A stretch of DNA of 64,000 nucleotides from a virus (taxonomy: Duplodnaviria > Caudoviricetes), in the IMG/VR virus record IMGVR_UViG_644736339_000001; one strand, given 5' to 3'. The translations under genes and the position numbers were made by a program. Every line of letters begins with the position of its first letter. Positions within the stretch are counted from its first letter, which is position 1. Shown here one piece after another: positions 62,329-64,000 of this stretch. Below the pieces are notes generated by a model that was not told the DNA's origin, did not search any database, and saw only the letters and a list, made by a program, of their open reading frames with translations.

Positions 62329-62638
62329 CCTCCGTCACGGCCAGCCGGACAACACGCCCCTTGCCTGCGTCAACCTCGGCCTGGACGCCGTAGGGGAAGC
62401 AGACCCGGAACAGAACCTCGCGCGGGTAGATCATGACCGGCTCGGTGATGTCCATACCCATCCAGCCCCAGTGCGTTGCAGTCGGATCATCGTCGGAGAC
62501 CTCGACAACATCCACCTCGACAATCGGCGCTGACACGCCGTGGAACTCGACATACCGACGGGAGCCCAGGTTGTGCAGGTCGCCGCTGTCGTAGCGGTGC
62601 GCAAACATACGCCAGGTGCCAGCCTCAGTACCGGACAT
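62315..62638 (-). CDS. conserved phage hypothetical protein
   Basis: HWGW...MIYP...VCFPYG. Confidence 0.65.
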   Translation of the reverse strand: MSGTEAGTWRMFAHRYDSGDLHNLGSRRYVEFHGVSAPIVEVDVVEVSDDDPTATHWGWMGMDITEPVMIYPREVLFRVCFPYGVQAEVDAGKGRVVRLAVTEVGDA

Positions 62639-62855
62639 GGTCGCTCCCGCAGTGTCTCTTGGCCGCGGCGCCGTAAATCACGGCGCCGGTGAACAGCACC
62701 GAGTCACCGCAGATGGTGCACGTCCACCGCTCGGGCGCGGCTGGTCCTGCCGGCGGGTCGAGTTCGACATTGTGGCCGAGTCGCTCCGCGCGTCGGATGG
62801 CCTCGGCGCGCATCGCCTCCGGCCAGTCGAGATCGTCCATGGGGCTACTCAGCAT
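62625..62855 (-). CDS. hypothetical protein
   Basis: Coupled ORF. Confidence 0.5.
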   Translation of the reverse strand: MLSSPMDDLDWPEAMRAEAIRRAERLGHNVELDPPAGPAAPERWTCTICGDSVLFTGAVIYGAAAKRHCGSDHVRY

Positions 62856-63541
62856 CAGGCACCGTCCCCACTAGGGTCGGTAAACCAGTCGGGCAGGTCT
62901 TCGAAGTCGATGCCGAGCAGTTCGTCCAAGCCGACCGGCATGGCGTCAAGAACGTCCTTGCATTCCCGCGCAAGAGCACGGGCTTCACGCAGGGTCTCGT
63001 CGGTTGCCGCCTTCACCGCAGCATCCCGCCACGCCAGCAGCTGCTCCGGCAGGTCCGTGTCCTCCACGGGCACGCCCTGCGGCCGGTCAAAGTCTCCGGC
63101 GCACTTCACCACGTAGGTGCCGCCGTCGCCGGCGTCCGCGAGGATCTCCAGCAGCTCCTCCTCGTCGCCTTCGCCGGGCCACACCAGCACGGCACGCACC
63201 TCGACGACCTCACGCCCGTGCACCATGTACCGGGTCGGAATCGGGTCGTCGAACCCAGGATCGGGCTGCATCTGAATGAACCCGCCAAACTCGTGCCCTT
63301 CGTAGTGGGCGACGATGGCCTGGAGATCCTCCAGGACGTGCGTGCCGCTGAAGGTCCGCACGCGCGGCAGGATGCGGTCGGCGGTCCGGCGCACGGTCTC
63401 GGTGTCGCCGTCATCGCTGACAGTCCGCCTCTCCCGGATCTCCAGCTTCAGGTCTCGCAGCGCCGGTCCGGCCTCAATCTCGGACCAGGTCAGCGGCGGC
63501 GTGATTGTGATGGCACCGCTAAAGCGGTTGTCGTAGCTCAT
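62855..63541 (-). CDS. DUF6205-like phage protein
   Basis: MSYDNRFSGAITITPPLTWSE. Confidence 0.6.
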   Translation of the reverse strand: MSYDNRFSGAITITPPLTWSEIEAGPALRDLKLEIRERRTVSDDGDTETVRRTADRILPRVRTFSGTHVLEDLQAIVAHYEGHEFGGFIQMQPDPGFDDPIPTRYMVHGREVVEVRAVLVWPGEGDEEELLEILADAGDGGTYVVKCAGDFDRPQGVPVEDTDLPEQLLAWRDAAVKAATDETLREARALARECKDVLDAMPVGLDELLGIDFEDLPDWFTDPSGDGA

Positions 63542-63723
63542 CGGCTCGGTCCTGAACTGTCGGCATGGCGTTCCACCATGCGAGTCTTGATCTGACCGTT
63601 CGTGGGCTTCTCCCACGCGTGCCAGCCAGCAGCTTCGGTCCACTGCCGCGCGTGCTGGCTGCGGGCGATACCGCACCAGCGGCAGCCCATCGGCGGGTAC
63701 TTGGGGTCGGGGCGGGTGGGCAT
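63538..63723 (-). CDS. hypothetical phage protein
   Basis: GCRWCGI...H...GWHAWEKPT.QIK.RM. Confidence 0.6.
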   Translation of the reverse strand: MPTRPDPKYPPMGCRWCGIARSQHARQWTEAAGWHAWEKPTNGQIKTRMVERHADSSGPSR

Positions 63724-63998
63724 TAGTCGCTCACCGCCTGCGGCTTGCGGTACGCCCAGTGCCCGGTATCCACGTACCGGCCGTTGCGGTTCACCAGGAT
63801 TGACGTGCCACGGATCTTGCGCCGCTCGACTTCCTCCCACGTGTAGTCGGAGAAGCAGACGTCGACCGCCTTCTTCAGGGACTCCAGGTCCCAGAACACT
63901 TCGGTGTCGTAGACGGTGGCGCCGTCGAGGGTGCTGTACTCCCAGACCCACGGGGCGCCGGCCTCATCGCGAACCTTGTTCGCAACCGCGTACATCAT
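63723..63998 (-). CDS. hypothetical protein
   Basis: ORF at the window edge. Confidence 0.55.
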   Translation of the reverse strand: MMYAVANKVRDEAGAPWVWEYSTLDGATVYDTEVFWDLESLKKAVDVCFSDYTWEEVERRKIRGTSILVNRNGRYVDTGHWAYRKPQAVSD

Positions 63999-64000
63999 CA

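Noticed and set aside
1-64000. Definitive call as a prophage
   Set aside because: No integrase, terminase, capsid or tail gene is recognisable in this window; phage nature is inferred from gene content and layout only

Overview
GC-rich actinomycete (Streptomyces/Catenulispora-like) mobile element with no housekeeping genes. It looks like the early/middle region of a large temperate phage or phage-plasmid that has acquired a Streptomyces-type conjugation module. From left to right: (1) a leftward, probably late operon with a permuted papain-like amidase and three tRNA genes behind a promoter-terminator and a putative regulator pair; (2) a TraB/FtsK plus Spd-like transfer region with GntR/UTRA regulators; (3) two replication-initiator genes, each with internal iterons (one followed by dnaB) and each preceded by a divergent UTRA / RelE-like / DUF6247-like cassette; (4) long runs of small overlapping phage-type ORFs that include MazG-like, NADAR, macrodomain, Ku, T4-like Pnk and Rnl1 genes; (5) an IS605-family TnpB element. 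The most unusual signals are non-coding or below the ORF-caller cutoff. These are a ~400-nt structured RNA with two circularly permuted tRNA-mimic domains directly after a 243-aa helical protein gene (49.5-50.6 kb), a cas-less pair of type I-E-like CRISPR repeats in an HTH-controlled cassette (47.9 kb), a 40-aa precursor plus PIMT pair (imiditide/pamtide-type RiPP, 40.7-42.0 kb), and two tRNAs with C instead of U at position 33. Family names come from motif recognition by eye; no database search was run.
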